Source: Lytechinus pictus (lineage: Eukaryota). Taken from it: DNA of 64,000 bases. A program made the translations under genes and the position numbers. This document shows, piece after piece, positions 13,731 to 27,259 of this stretch. The notes below the pieces were generated by a model. The model was given only the letters and a program-made list of their open reading frames with translations. It searched no databases and had not been told where the DNA came from. Numbering within the stretch: the stretch's first letter is position 1; each line of letters begins with the position of its first letter. The stretch lies in NCBI RefSeq assembly GCF_037042905.1, contig NC_087262.1:5766001-5830000 (forward strand). The letters are read 5' to 3'.

Positions 13731-14150
13731 TTAAGCCCCGGCGCACACTATACGATTTGTTGCAATACAAATTTCAAGTAAATCATAATGAAATTTGATA
13801 TGAACATTCCAAATAATAAAATCTTAGTGATCAAGAGTTCAGAATAGTAGCAGCTAGGTCTACTGAAATCAAAACTCGGTCTAATTCAGGCCTCCTTGTT
13901 GGAATAAAAGCAAAAGCAAATTCAATTCCAAATCGTAATGACGCCATCAGCAGCTGCGACTTGAAGCTGATTTAAACTTTACTCCAACCACAGGGCTTGC
14001 CATAAATCAAAATTACGATTTTATTAATCCTAACATTATGCTGAGCTTCAAATTAAGTAATGTTACCTCAAGATTTGAATATTCACATTTATGCAAAGTG
14101 CAATTTGTTAGAAAAATTGTGTTGTATTGGATCGCATAGTGTGCGCTGTT
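13731..14150. mobile_element. MITE related to 38395-38785 and more distantly 60081-60490
   Basis: TIR gcgcacactat.cgat / atcgcatagtgtgcgc and shared internal sequence. Confidence 0.8.
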
Positions 14151-16796
14151 ATAATTCTGATGTGCAGTGTATAATGGTATTAAAAGGGGCTGTTGCACCT
14201 AGATATTTTAGCCAGCATATTCCGAAATACAAAGGCTATGGAGAGCATATATATCAAAGCCTTTTATAGAGTGTTAGCATACTTCATAAAATCATCTCGT
14301 GACAGAGCGGAAGTGTACATTCCGACCATCAGCGTGACGAGATGTAACGTAATATCAATATAACACATGGTCGACCATGTGAAGTGGCGGCGTTGACTAT
14401 ATATACCCCACCCATACATGATTCCAGTTAACATGTACCTACTGCCCTGGGAAGTATGAGTGTGTGTAATCCCGAGTCTGCTAATTCAGCGTCTTCTCCC
14501 ATCAACCCAACCCTCATCAACATAAAATATCGTTCACACCAAGGGGGATCACTCCCTATAAAAATTCAATATTGTGCAATAAATTTTAATAAAACATGAC
14601 CTGGCCTACTCGAACGAGAGTCATGACTCCGCTCATGTGGGTGTGGGTGGGCGTGGGTGTGTGTATTTGCAGCTGAGTACATAGACGCCAAAGGCTGCAT
14701 TGTCTTTGCTTCAAGCCAGCCGTATTATTGCCAATTTACAACTCGACACAAGATATATAAAACATGATGTCTGTCATGTTTCGATGGATAAAATAATTTA
14801 TCTCCCATATTAGCTCTTACAAAAATCTTGAGAGAGAGAGAGAGATAGATTATAATTCATATTAAATTGCTTTTTGTCAAAACTTTATCAATCTAGGTGA
14901 AGTAGAATGAAATTCTTCACGAAAATTATTACGAGCTAGAAAATCATAAACATTATTGATGTAATCCTTGACATTTTTAATGAAGAGGGAGTAATAACTT
15001 TGCAGTCTGTTTTGAATATAATGTAGAATGAAATTCTAGGTATAATTACCAAAATACTTCCAAGAGACAAAATGAAAAGAATAATAAGTGCTGCCCTGAG
15101 AAGAACCATATTGCCCTTATGACAAGATTTAAAAAGAATGATTCTTTTACTGGCAACTTGATGTCCCATCAAGGCCAGTCTTAATTAATTTTACTGGACA
15201 TTCAATCATCTAGCAATATGCTGACAAGTAGAACAGTGATTTTGAAATTATTTCTGGAAAATCTCCTTTAAGAAATCAATAGAATCGTCAATACAACTCT
15301 ACAAATTTTCTTTTTTTGTTTGATCCATCAAAGTCACAATTACAACAATATTTCTGAAAAGACAAACAGAAGAAAATATGAATAAGTTGGGAAATTGTCT
15401 GAGCGAGCTCCGCCTAGGGAGCAGTTAAGAAGGTGCGAGAGACTGGGGAGGATGTGAATCCTTGCGTCTAGCCTTGCCAGTGGGACCGACCGTCGGCAGA
15501 GAGGAAACGTCACCCGAATCTGACGGGTCAGATTAATGAGTGATCCAGACGGGGTTTGGCATTTCTCAAAGTCAATTGCCCGATCGGGCAAGTGGTTGTT
15601 TTGGAAATAAAATAATGAAATATCAGTAAATTTCAATATCTTTTGGATAATCACAACTTTCATGTAATGTCAAACCAGTAAAAAAACAGTGGAAACTGAT
15701 GAAAAATCAGCGCCAATTACCGATAATTTATCACCAGGTACCTCATTCGAAGTACAGTGCCATCGCATCTTACGTTCTATGTGCGCATGCGCTACTATCT
15801 TGCGCAATTTGCCGATGCAAACTCCCTCAAAAAATTTCATGGATTTAAAGATGCAAAATAAGAAATTTTTGGAATTTTTGGTGAAGGTTTTTTTTAAAAC
15901 CTTAAACGCCCCTTTATAAATAGCAAACAGATTTTTCAAAATAAACGTAATGGATTGGGCCTACTTTGCTGAAAGTAAACTTTCAAATGTGTGTACAGTA
16001 AAGAACACACATTTGTTCAATTGTTCTTATTTTGTATGACCTTTAAAATAGTACCATCCTAAAAAATATGAAAAAACAAAGAAAATAATAAAACAAATTG
16101 GGCAAGCATTTTTATGTTTTACTGTATGCAGGGCCCCTAGTATTTTTTTAATTACTGATAGGGCTATCCTGTTGAATAAAGGGGTTCTTTAAACACACAG
16201 AAAATGTTTGCATTGTAAGTATGATAGCATTTGTTTGTCCAAATTTATCAGCTGTAATGAACCGAAGGGAATGGTCGAAGATGCTGAATATGATTTTTCG
16301 CCCCATAATCCAATAGGTTTCATTACTGGATGCTTGTTAAAACATGCCTGTTGATATTTCCACTGAAGCGCTACAAAGTCGTCATTTATGGTTGGGATTT
16401 GAAAGTGGCAAAGATGGAAGCCAATTTATATGCATTCAATGACAGACACCTTCTCAAGTATCCCAAGAATTTTGACTAGATGCATGAGGGTTTTGTGAAA
16501 TTGGTGCTTTAAAAAGTCTAAAATAATTGATACTAATTATAAAAAGAAGATTTATGTTTAAAAAAAAATATGATGGGTATGTTGAAATGTATTTGTGATC
16601 TTTCTTTGCATTGTTATTTCTATTCATCGCAAGCATTTGTGCTTTTTGGTCCTGTTCTGCTGACTACATATTTGTATACTTTGTAAATAATCATCATCTG
16701 GCTATTAAAAAATGTTAACCATTTTCACTGTTTTGAGATGCTAATTTGTTAATAAAAATCTCTCATTTCTTTCTCCTATTCTTCCATCCATTACAG

Positions 16797-16942
16797 GCAA
16801 AATTAAATACACAGAGAATGTGTATAATGCATGTATGATAGCATTTGATTGTCTACCATTAGCAGCTGTAATGAACCAACAGTTTCTCTGTGTCCACGGA
16901 GGCCTCTCCCCAGAAATACACTCATTAGACGACATCAAGAAT
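16797..16942 (+). CDS. PPP3CA: Calcineurin A exon ([48 protein letters not shown]), 146 nt
   Basis: ttacag acceptor, gtaagt donor. Phase 1 junction T|GC=Cys continues the previous exon. HGGLSP motif. Confidence 0.97.
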
Positions 16943-18021
16943 GTAAGTACTCTATTGCCACTCTCTACCCGGGTCGGCCAATCGGGAATTCGCACAAAGT
17001 TAGAATCCGATTGCCCCATTCAAAGCATTTATGAGATTGAAAACCTGAAAAATGTTTGTCTATGGTTTCTTGGAAAGATGAAAATTGTGACAACCTGTAG
17101 TTGTTTTACGGCAATCTGAAAAAGGTATTTCATACTTTATTTGACAAAGATTTTGCCATTTAATTCATGGGGGGGTGGGGGGACACTCAACAATTTTTTC
17201 CTATGACAACCCTGTGTCCCTACCTTTGCATATATCTGTTCATAGTACTGTATACAAAATTTAACTAATGTCCCTTCTTTTGACAATTTCTCAAGATTTT
17301 GTCCCTGTTTATGGGCTTGCATATATGGCATATATATGACCGGTTTAATACAAATGGTATGAACAAATGGCAGAGGACAGATTTTACAACCACAACCTCT
17401 TCTAGGTTCTTTTAAAGCACATGAACAAGTCTGCTTCCTAGCAAAAATAGCTGATTTCCTTGTCTAAAATTCTAGAACAGAGAGTATTTCATGGAAAATT
17501 TCCTTCCACTACCTTTTTGGCTTCTACCTTTGGTAGCCTAAAATACCTCCTTTCCTTTTGATTATTCCCCCAGTTCATCATTTAGTCCCCAGCTTTACCA
17601 GCTCGCTTGTCTGTATGACAGCTTTAAAGAACAACCGCCTGAGAAAGGCTATTTATAAACTTCAAGGCATTCTGTATTAGTGGTCCTTTATACGTAGTAA
17701 TAGATTGATTGCTATTTCTTGTAAAACAGTTGTTTGCTTTAGAGGAGGGTTCAAGATATCTAGCCTTCTATACTATTTTCTATTTGTGGTCTTTTATTTT
17801 TGTTGTAATTAATTTTTTATACGTACATTATTATGTTACTTTGATGTTTTGTATAAAAAAAGTGAAATAGATAAACTGACACTAACATTTTTTCTATGTA
17901 CATATGATGTACATGTAGCAAACTTTTGATTTTTTAACAAAATATAGATTATTTTAAAGTACATAAAAATCATTCTAATGAATCAGTGTAAAATATTTGT
18001 GTATTACTCATGTCTACTCAT

Positions 18022-18215
18022 GGGGGCGTCTTGGTCTAGTGGTTACGACTCTCCTCTTTCAATGAGAGGGACGTAGATTCGAATCTCAGCTACGGCGTGT
18101 CTTCCTTGAATGCACCAAGTGCCTTTAGCAGCTGGGGTTATATACAGTGCGCCAATGAATAGGAAACTAGATAATCGGCGCCCCATAAATGCTATTGCTA
18201 TTTATTTTTATTATC
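18022..18215 (+). mobile_element. tRNA-derived SINE, internally deleted
   Basis: ggggcgtcttggtctagtgg A box, gattcgaatc B box, AT-rich tail. Head matches 28340-28577 on the minus strand. Confidence 0.78.
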
Positions 18216-18461
18216 TTTATCTTTTCTATTTTAGCCATGTCTTAACTAATTGCAAATAGTGAAGTATCAAAAGTGCCAACCACCCCCCCCCCCCCCCCCC
18301 CTGCTGAGTGCTGAACATGACTATTTGAACTCTTGAATTCTTTATGTGGGCAAGACAGATTTGAAATATGTATTTCACATTATCACAAGTAATCTTTACC
18401 AATTTTCCAATTTATGTACAGTGTACATATATATATTTTTCAAAATTCTTGATTTTGACAG

Positions 18462-18601
18462 TTGGACAGATTCAAGGAGCCTCCAGCATTCGGTCCTATG
18501 TGCGATCTCCTATGGTCAGATCCGTTAGAGGACTTTGGTAGCGAGAAGAGCGCAGAACACTTCAGTCACAATTCAGTCAGAGGCTGCTCATACTTTTACA
18601 G
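18462..18601 (+). CDS. PPP3CA: Calcineurin A exon ([46 protein letters not shown]), 140 nt
   Basis: gacag acceptor, gtaaga donor, in frame. DLLWSDP and RGCSY motifs. Confidence 0.97.
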
Positions 18602-19904
18602 GTAAGAAATGCTATCTGTAACTCCCCCACCCCCCCACATTTCAGATGTTATCCCCAATTTTGATCAATAGTGCTGTCAATCACCAGTGGTCGTATATCA
18701 CTCGTCTGAGTGCTTTGTTATCGGGGATGGTGATTGACTACTAATCACAATCAGTCACGACTCATGATTCAGCAGTCATCTTTACGGATAACAAATTGCG
18801 ATGCTGGTCACCAATCAGTACGATGTTGTGAAGTAGAGATTGTGCGCAATGCGTGGTGGGCTATTACTTGCATGTTGACATGGTGGCATCCTGCATTGTG
18901 CACCGTGATGCATCCTACGTCACAGTTGCCACTGGTGAGCATAAAGCGTATCAAAGTTGTGGTAGCATCAGAGTGACGATTTTGTAGAGCATTTTTAGTG
19001 AGATACCTGAGCCATAATTTGATTAATAAAAGAAGAAAATATTGTTTGTATCAGTAAGATGTAATTTTTACTGGTCATTTTGGACCAGTAAATCTGGTTA
19101 TTTCTGAAAAGTTACTGCCTCAACACCATTTTTTTTCGGTCTGGGACCGTCCGACCAGGGCCAGTGTCGTGTGCTGGCTTGGCCCTTGTTCTGAGTGGTT
19201 GGTGGGGGAAATCCCCTGAACTGCTCTGGTTGGTCGTGTTTGTCCCGCATGGCCACTGGGGAAATACCCTTTGACCGGTCTCTCACAGTCAATGTGAGGA
19301 ATGGATTTGCCTGTGGAAAGACTATGAGGGTTTTGTCTCCCAATAAACAGGAAATGATTGAAGATCTTGAATGGGACCTTTTTTCCCCTCACTCAATTCA
19401 ATAGGTTTCATTATTTTCTCATCATCATATAATAAAGAGCTACAGTGTCATTGTTTATCATTAGAATTTGACAGTCGGCAGAAATGGAAGCTGATATGCC
19501 TGTACATGCATTCAATTACAGACACTTTCTCAAGTATCCAAGAAGTCGGACCAGAGACTGCACTTGCAATGGTTTTATGAAACCGTATCCCATACTGTAG
19601 GAATCTGTTTATGAAGATCTAGATCTTGTAATGCAAAGATTTGTGATCAATTTCAAGTAAAGGATATTGATTGGTTGATATACGGTATGTTGGCACTGCC
19701 ATATATCGTTTGATTGCAAGCCTTTTGTGCTATCAGGTCCTATTCATGTTGACAACCTACCACCCAATAACTTGCTGATGTCTTCAAAATGTGTACTCCA
19801 TGTACTTTACTTTTAATCTGGCTATAAAGAGATTCACAGGTTTCACTTTGATTGGAATGTCAGATTTAATCATTTCGTGTACTTTTTTTGGTTTAAGATT
19901 TCCT

Positions 19905-20200
19905 GAGCCTTGTCTCACAAAGTGTTACAATTGATACAATCAATCTCAACTGTATGGAAATTCATCCATACCATAATTTTTTTCTACAGGAAATTTGCAC
20001 AATCTCCTTTATGGTAAACAAAGAGAATCACACTGAATCTTCAAGAGAATCACACTGAATCTTCAAGAGAATGATGGATGTATGAATATACATCATATCT
20101 AGAAAACATTTTGAACAAATTTGCATTTTAGATTTTGACGCTGCGGGCCATCCATAGTTGTGGTCGATCGTATCAATTGCAACTCTTTTAAGACGGGGCC
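19905..20200. mobile_element. ~270-bp MITE family C (also 21520-21995 with internal duplication, 34915-35181, 48029-48296, degenerate ~37860-38110)
   Basis: TIR ggccccgtcttacaaagagttgc. CTG TSD visible at the 48029-48296 copy. Confidence 0.85.
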
Positions 20201-20929
20201 TGGATTTTGTTTGAAAGATAACAAGTTTTGCATTAGATATCGGTTTCAGTGCACGTATCATTGTTTGATTTAACCAGGAAGAAAACCCATTGTATTAGTT
20301 TGAACCAGGAGTTTTTGTTCACATACCAAATCAAAATAGCTACCAGGAATTCATGAAATACAGTTGAAATATATCATAAAGCTCCAACTATTCAGTGTAC
20401 TATTTTAGAGAAAAATAATTTTTATCCGAGCTATATACTTTTTTTTAATATGAAGCCAACCTGGGCTCCGTAACACAAAGATTTGCGATGAATTGCAAAT
20501 ATGAAAGAACATCCCTGATTGGTCCCTGGTCAGTATTTTAAACTTAATGCGCATGTAACATTGATATTGATTGGTCAGTTCATTTAGCGATTGATCGCTA
20601 ATCTTTGTGTTACGGAGCGCAGTCCATTTAAAACCTCACACTTAGAAATGATGGGTAATTAGGGTTGCTATCTAATGGAGCAGTAACATTCATATGACAA
20701 GTGCAGTAGAGAGGGGTAAATAGCTGTAAAATTCAGGAAGGATTGGGGAGCTAAAAGCTAAAACATATGAATGAATTTCAGACCCATTTCGGTGATAAAT
20801 GATTTCATTTTTCATGTTAGTGGGAAGAAATGGGGAAAAAAGGTTATATTTGTTGTGGAGTAGAATTAAGTTCTAACTTCCAAATTTAGAGAGCACCAAT
20901 GGAATTCAATAATTTGAACTATAAAATGG

Positions 20930-21277
20930 GTAAATTGCCAATTCGTCTCCCGCCAACTCTTCCACTCACCACATGCTGAGTCCATCCACATTTTGTCTAA
21001 CAACTATTTGGTCCAATCATCACTACGTCTAACCACCATTTCGTCTGTGACCATTTCGTCTGATAACCAACTGGTCTAATACCATTTAATTTTCATTCAT
21101 TTTGCACAATTTAACACTTAGTCCAATTAGACCAAATGGTAAATGGACTAAATGGCTATTGGACCAACTGGTTATTGGAAGGAATGTCATTAGACTAAAT
21201 GAAAGTAGACCATGTGGTGAGTGGACGAAATGATAGTAGACGAGTTGGCAATTAGACGAATTGGCATTAGACGAATC
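20930..21277. repeat. Palindromic element built of ttcgtct/agacga subrepeats
   Basis: Left arm tgccaattcgtct...; right arm agacgaattggca. Confidence 0.65.
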
Positions 21278-21361
21278 GGAAATAAAACTATAAAATGCAA
21301 GTTCTGTTAGTATATTTATATGGCAATCTATAAGTAAAATGTTGTAATATATATATATATA

Positions 21362-21479
21362 TGCGGGCATGCAAGGATCCGATGACCGGGGTAATAATAT
21401 GTCTGTAAAGCACTTAGAGACGTCGTTCCGATGTATTAAGCGCTATATAAATGTGGAATATTATTATTATTATTATTAT
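21362..21479 (+). mobile_element. Retroposon 3' tail ending in (TTA)n (similar copy ~45705-45836)
   Basis: Shared gatgaccggggt...tgtaaagc.cttaga...agcgctatataaatg motif and ATT-repeat tail. Confidence 0.72.
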
Positions 21480-23019
21480 ATATTGTAAATATTGATTATA
21501 CATCATTGTTTTACACTACAGGGTACCATCTTTCAGAAAGTTTAGATTGGTCCAGTCAGTCTCAACTATATGGAAATCCATCATTGTTAATAATTTTTCA
21601 AACCAGAAATGTGCAAAAAGTCCTTTTGAAACAAAGAGGAAGCACCCTGAATTGTCAAGAGAATGATGAATATACATAATATCTAGGAAATAGATTCAAA
21701 TACAAACATGTATTTTAGATGTTGACGTTCCTGGCCTTCCATAGTTGCAGTTGATCGGATCAATCTCAAGTTTATGGAAATCCATCAATGTCGTAATTTT
21801 TCTCGAGAAAATTTGCTCATTTTCCTTTGAAAACAAAGAGAAGCATACTGAATTGTCAAGAAAACAGTGAATATATGAATTATGGTCATGCTTAAAAAAT
21901 ATTTTGAACAAACATGTATTTTAGATGTTGACATTGCTGGCTTTTCATTGTTGCGATTGATCGGATCAATTGCGACTCTTTGTAAGACGGGGCCCAGATC
22001 TACTTAAGATATGAATCTACTGCATTTACTTACCTATACACGGAAAAAATTGTACTGGAATGATTCCTAAGAATGAATATTCAATCTGATTTAAAGCTAA
22101 AGAAAGGGTACATTTTCTCCCTTTCCGATTTCTTATGATCTTGAATGATAGCAATTACACATGGAAAATAATTTGGGGTCATTAAAAGTAATAAAAGAAA
22201 TAGAATTAAATGAAATAAAATTTAGTTACTAGATTTTTTTTCCTTGAGAAAACAAATGGGCAGCTTTTACATGATATCTTGCAATTTTTGTGTTATTTGG
22301 ACTCGTGTTCTATCCATATAAAAAAAAAAAAAACTATATCACTAGGTAAAATTTCGAATTATTGCCAATTTGAAGCGTGAAAGCAGATTAATTTAAATCT
22401 TCTGTGCACATTAAGGACAGGAGCCTTGTTAACAAGAGTATTTATTAATCACTTCTGTGAGAATACTTGATTCAACCATCGAAAAAGCCCAAAGCTATCT
22501 GAAGAGACCTAGTTCATATCTAATTATACCTTGAAATTTACTCAACCGACTGCATGGAATGATAATTTCTAAAGCGATGCATATTGTAGATTATAATGAG
22601 GGAATTAGAATTGCCAATTTGCCTCCGTCCCTTCACACTACTGATTCAAAATGTGGAGTTCCCGATCAGTTGAGCGTGTAATGAGAATTCCAAACTAGAG
22701 TTAAATTGGTGTGATCTTTCATTCCGTGACATTCAGTTTTAACAGTCCGGAATTTGCTGACCTTTATTTTTCAGCAGCGTGCATCAAATTTAACAGAAGG
22801 AGGTTTACACTGTGAACTTATGTATAAACATCTTGTTCTTTTTGTATCCTCAATGGATTTTATTCTCTTCAAATTTGTTTTTGTTGGTTTTAATATCCTT
22901 TTAAAAGTTTTTTAGGAGTAGCCTATGTCATTGCAATTTGTCAGTTTCTGCAGTTTTCTTCTTCATCGTCATTATCATCGTTGTCACCACCACCACCACT
23001 ACCACCATCACCACTTCAA

Positions 23020-23353
23020 NNNNNNNNNNNNNNNNNNNNNNNNNNNNNNNNNNNNNNNNNNNNNNNNNNNNNNNNNNNNNNNNNNNNNNNNNNNNNNNNN
23101 NNNNNNNNNNNNNNNNNNNNNNNNNNNNNNNNNNNNNNNNNNNNNNNNNNNNNNNNNNNNNNNNNNNNNNNNNNNNNNNNNNNNNNNNNNNNNNNNNNNN
23201 NNNNNNNNNNNNNNNNNNNNNNNNNNNNNNNNNNNNNNNNNNNNNNNNNNNNNNNNNNNNNNNNNNNNNNNNNNNNNNNNNNNNNNNNNNNNNNNNNNNN
23301 NNNNNNNNNNNNNNNNNNNNNNNNNNNNNNNNNNNNNNNNNNNNNNNNNNNNN
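23020..23353. other. Assembly gap (N run) next to a (CAC/CAT)n microsatellite
   Basis: N characters. Confidence 1.
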
Positions 23354-26056
23354 TCTTTGTCATCATCATTGTCTTGTTGCCTTCTTCCTTGCTGCAAAAA
23401 TCCCATCTTAATAACACTTGACAATTTACAACAGGTTTGAATCCAGACATTCTTATTTCAGCTAGGGAGTTTCATTCATTAATCATGCAACATTTGATTT
23501 ATCTCCAGACACCGCATGTTATTATGACACCTGGTGAAGATTGGATGAGAATGTCAACATTGATATATGTCTGTCGTGCCCTGTTAGATAGGATCTTGCA
23601 ATAATGCATATAGATCTTCACACGTCTTGCCCATTGTAGGTAACCCGTGCCCACAATCTAGGCAGTCCACTCAAACTCGAGCTCAAACCGCTGCATTTTG
23701 GGAGATTTACACAGAGCTTATTTGTGCGTTGCCAGAAATGTAAAAGGGAGAATTCTTCCCTGATTTTACACGCAATGTGAGTGCATTGCATGTTGAAACC
23801 TGATGTGTTATGAGCTGATGAAATCCTAACATTTTATTGGTGGAGAGCAAATTTGTCACTGACAGTACTTTTGTGAAACCTGCTGTTGATATTTCATATT
23901 GCCCCCCCCCCCCTTGCATCAACCTGATGCCTTTGGTGAATAATTTGACTGTTAGCAACATTTTATCTCCGAGCGGTAATTACTCTATACACCTACCTAT
24001 TTTCTTGTTTTCCTCTTTTTGTCTGCTCAGTTTTCTATCTTGGTTCATGGCTTAAATTAATTAATCTGAGGCTATCGGAACCTAGGGTCTTGGTCGAAGA
24101 TGACCTGTTGTCTGGCCGTGGTGGTTGTTTCATTGGCCTTGTTGGCCTTGATTTGTTGCCCCCTTTCGTATATCCCATTTTGTGAGGTAATATAGAAATG
24201 AGCCCTACGGAAAAGTGACTTTGGTCTAATAATGATAATAAGAAACAATATTGAGGCTTGTATTTATCTATTTTTCTTGCTGTGTTATCTCGACATATCC
24301 CTTAAAGTATATCACATTGTATCTCGCTCCCTTTCCTAGCTTCTCATTTTCCTTTTCTCTTTCCATTTTATGGCAGCCATATCATTGTCACCTCATCTCT
24401 TTCTTCAAACGTTGATACACTAATAAAAACACAACGCATCCCCCATTTTGTGCCGTACCTGTTACATGCAAGGAAGGAGAATAGAGCCCTTTAGCCGCAG
24501 TGGTGTATACAAACTGTCTGTCATTGCAGTCTCTCATTGGATCATGCATATTGAATCAGAAGGTTTCATATAACATCCGATCTTTATCCCTTTCATGTAA
24601 ACACAACCCAACTCAGATCGAAATAGCTGCTGTAGTCTATACTCACCCATGTCATGTAAACATAGCCATTTGTGGGTCTACAATTAGTCGCTGTATTTCT
24701 CTGTCTGAGCTCTCGATAACACGCTGTGTAGGCTATCTGCATCCAAGTCGTGTAAACATAGCCACTTTCAAAGGCACATTTATCTGCTGTATTCTACCTG
24801 GTCTCAGATCTGTGTCGTGTAAACACATCCAACCTCAAATCTCTACCAAAGTCTTTTTCTCCCCACTCGTCATAAGAACGTGGCCAACATCTGATCAGCC
24901 TATATTCTTTTTAATGTAATTTTTTACTATTATGTACAAAGCTGTGCTACGTTGTATGCCTTTTTTTCATGTGAACTTAGCCAAATTCAGTACTGCCCTA
25001 GCCTATCTGCATCCTTGTCATGTAAACACTGCCAGCCCCCAGAACTGTGTACATTTACATGAAGCCACATAGGTAAGATGTAACCTCTCTGCCAAATAAA
25101 GACACGCGCCTTCAATTTTCCCTGCCGCAAGTACTGGAGCATGCAGAATTATTCATTTCCCCTTGCATTTTGGACATTCTGGCCGAAACAGTAGCATTAC
25201 TAATGCATTCAAGTAGTGACAGGCAGTTTATTACAGAGCAAACATTAAAACTCACAGTCCATCCAGAATTGCAACTTTCACACAAAAAAAAAATAGAAAA
25301 AATATGAGGCCGTTGAAATCTTTGCTTGCAGTTGCATGGGGATCACCAATTGAGGGCAGGATATCCCACATTTTGCTCAGACACAAAATGAGGGCGGTTG
25401 ATTTAACAAGGTCACTGCTCTCTTTGTACTGCCATGTAGTTGTACGTAAGCGTGTTTCTCAAAGAGTTAGTGTGATACCTTAATGCCAAGTTCTAACGCA
25501 TAACCTCATTGTCAAATACTCAGTCGTGCGCACCCTGTAAGCATGATCTGACCAATGTGATGATGATGTGTCAAGTACCACATGGACATGAGAATTTGAG
25601 TGTGATTTTTATTCAAACTTAAATCCTTGTGAAACGCCCCTTGAGTTTGTTTTACAATTATTACAATATTACAGGTGGGTGTTTCACAAAACTGTTCTTA
25701 AGTTACAAGAGACTTTTACGAAAGACCGGTGGCCGTATCTTAGGAATTTAATCAGCTATAAAAGGGTAACCAGTCCTTCGTAAAGTTGCTCGTAACTGAT
25801 GAACAGCGTTATGAATTACCCACCCGCTATGTTAATGTCATTGTTTGACTCTCATTTTGCGTGAAGGACAGTACTTTGTACAGTGGGTTTGGTCATTTCG
25901 ATGGTTGGTACTTGCTTTCTCCTTTTTCATGTTTTACCATGCAGATATATATGTATGCTGAGAGACCTTCCTCTCTAATCTTCTTGCCTGGAATTTTTAA
26001 AAGGGGATTTGCATTTTCCCCCTCTGGGTTTGAGTAGGGAATATTGGACGGAGTAA

Positions 26057-26812
26057 GGGTGTGTTCAATGTCGGTTTCCAAATTTAAACGGCAACATGAG
26101 ACTGAAAACGTGATTACAAAACGTGGGTATAATGAGGAACAGAGGGTATGTCAAGGCTCCACACTAACTTTTTTTCTTGGTGGCCCGATCAGTCCACCAA
26201 AATCATCAATTTCATATTTTTGGTGGCCCGCAAAGTGAATTTGGTGGCCCTAAAACAATAGGAAACATTACAATTTATCAAAACTTTGGTAGCCCGACTG
26301 GGCCACCAAGTGTTGGCTTTTACAGAATTTTGGTGGCCCGACTCTCATTTTTGGTTGCCCCGGGCCACCGAGCCACTGCTAATGTCGAGCCCTGGGTATG
26401 TTCAAGGTCCTCTTTTCTCGGTCGTAAAAGTAAACGTCTTTCAAATCATGATTCGGAGGAAAATTTAAACTTCGAAAAAGATGCGTTTGTAAACGCGATC
26501 AGTTCTAATTTTACGACCTTGAACATCGCGAATGCGACATGAAACACAATTGTTTTGAAACGTCTTTAAATTTGCTCACGCAATGGAAGCCTACACAAAC
26601 AGGTGCTAGAACTGATATGGGTCATACTGCGCAGTAAACCTGCGCTAACGAAAGTGGAAAATTTAAAGATGATCAACATATAAACGGCTTTATATTTTCG
26701 ACACTGAACAGTGCACCGCTGATCATGTATGTGTTCGCTGTTTTCTAATCAAGTTTTCAATCATGATTCATGTTGCTGTTTATAAATTTAAAAATCAACA
26801 TTGAACACACCC
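26057..26812. mobile_element. TIR element (gggtgtgttcaatg...cattgaacacaccc) with a nested hAT-like MITE at 26152-26394
   Basis: Outer TIRs with taa/tta flanks. Inner caaggctccaca / tgtcgagccctg termini with ggtatgt duplicated on both sides. Confidence 0.82.
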
Positions 26813-26930
26813 TTAATAGAAAAAAAAAAAATTGGGAGACTGGTTTACTGATCAAAGCTGTGAATAAGAAATACATAGACGGCATGACACACAATCATTT
26901 TATCTATTTATGCTTTGTGCATATTTGAGG

Positions 26931-27012
26931 ATAATAATAATAATAATATACAGTTCTTGTATACCGCATATTATGAATAATGTCTCTATGCGCTTCCAAA
27001 GGACTTGGATAT
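26931..27012 (-). mobile_element. Short retroposon tail (inverse copy at 47081-47167)
   Basis: atatccaagtcctttggaagcgcatagagac...tatacaagaactg plus (TAT)n in both copies. Confidence 0.8.
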
Positions 27013-27181
27013 CATTCATTGTTTATTGTTATTTCCAGATTATACACCAGTTTGAAATATTTTAATCCCCTCCCATGTCAAATATTTAAAACTAATATTT
27101 GTATCTAGACATACAAGCCTAAGATTATGTTGGTTGACAAAGAAATCTGCATGTTTCTTTCTTTTTCTTTCAATATTACAG

Positions 27182-27259
27182 CTATCAAGCTTGCTGTGAG
27201 TTCTTACAACAGAATAACCTTCTTTCAATAATCCGAGCGCACGAGGCACAGGATACTGG
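27182..27259 (+). CDS. PPP3CA: Calcineurin A exon ([25 protein letters not shown]), 78 nt
   Basis: Polypyrimidine tract plus tacag, gtaagt donor, phase 2-2. RAHEAQ metal-binding motif. Confidence 0.97.

Noticed and set aside
15300-16027. Possible one-ended TTAA-type transposon fragment with GC-rich interior
   Set aside because: Only one plausible terminus and no second copy in the window.
22925-23450. Long ORFs across N runs (also 40353-41234 and 57918-58205)
   Set aside because: Artefacts of assembly gaps and low-complexity flanks.
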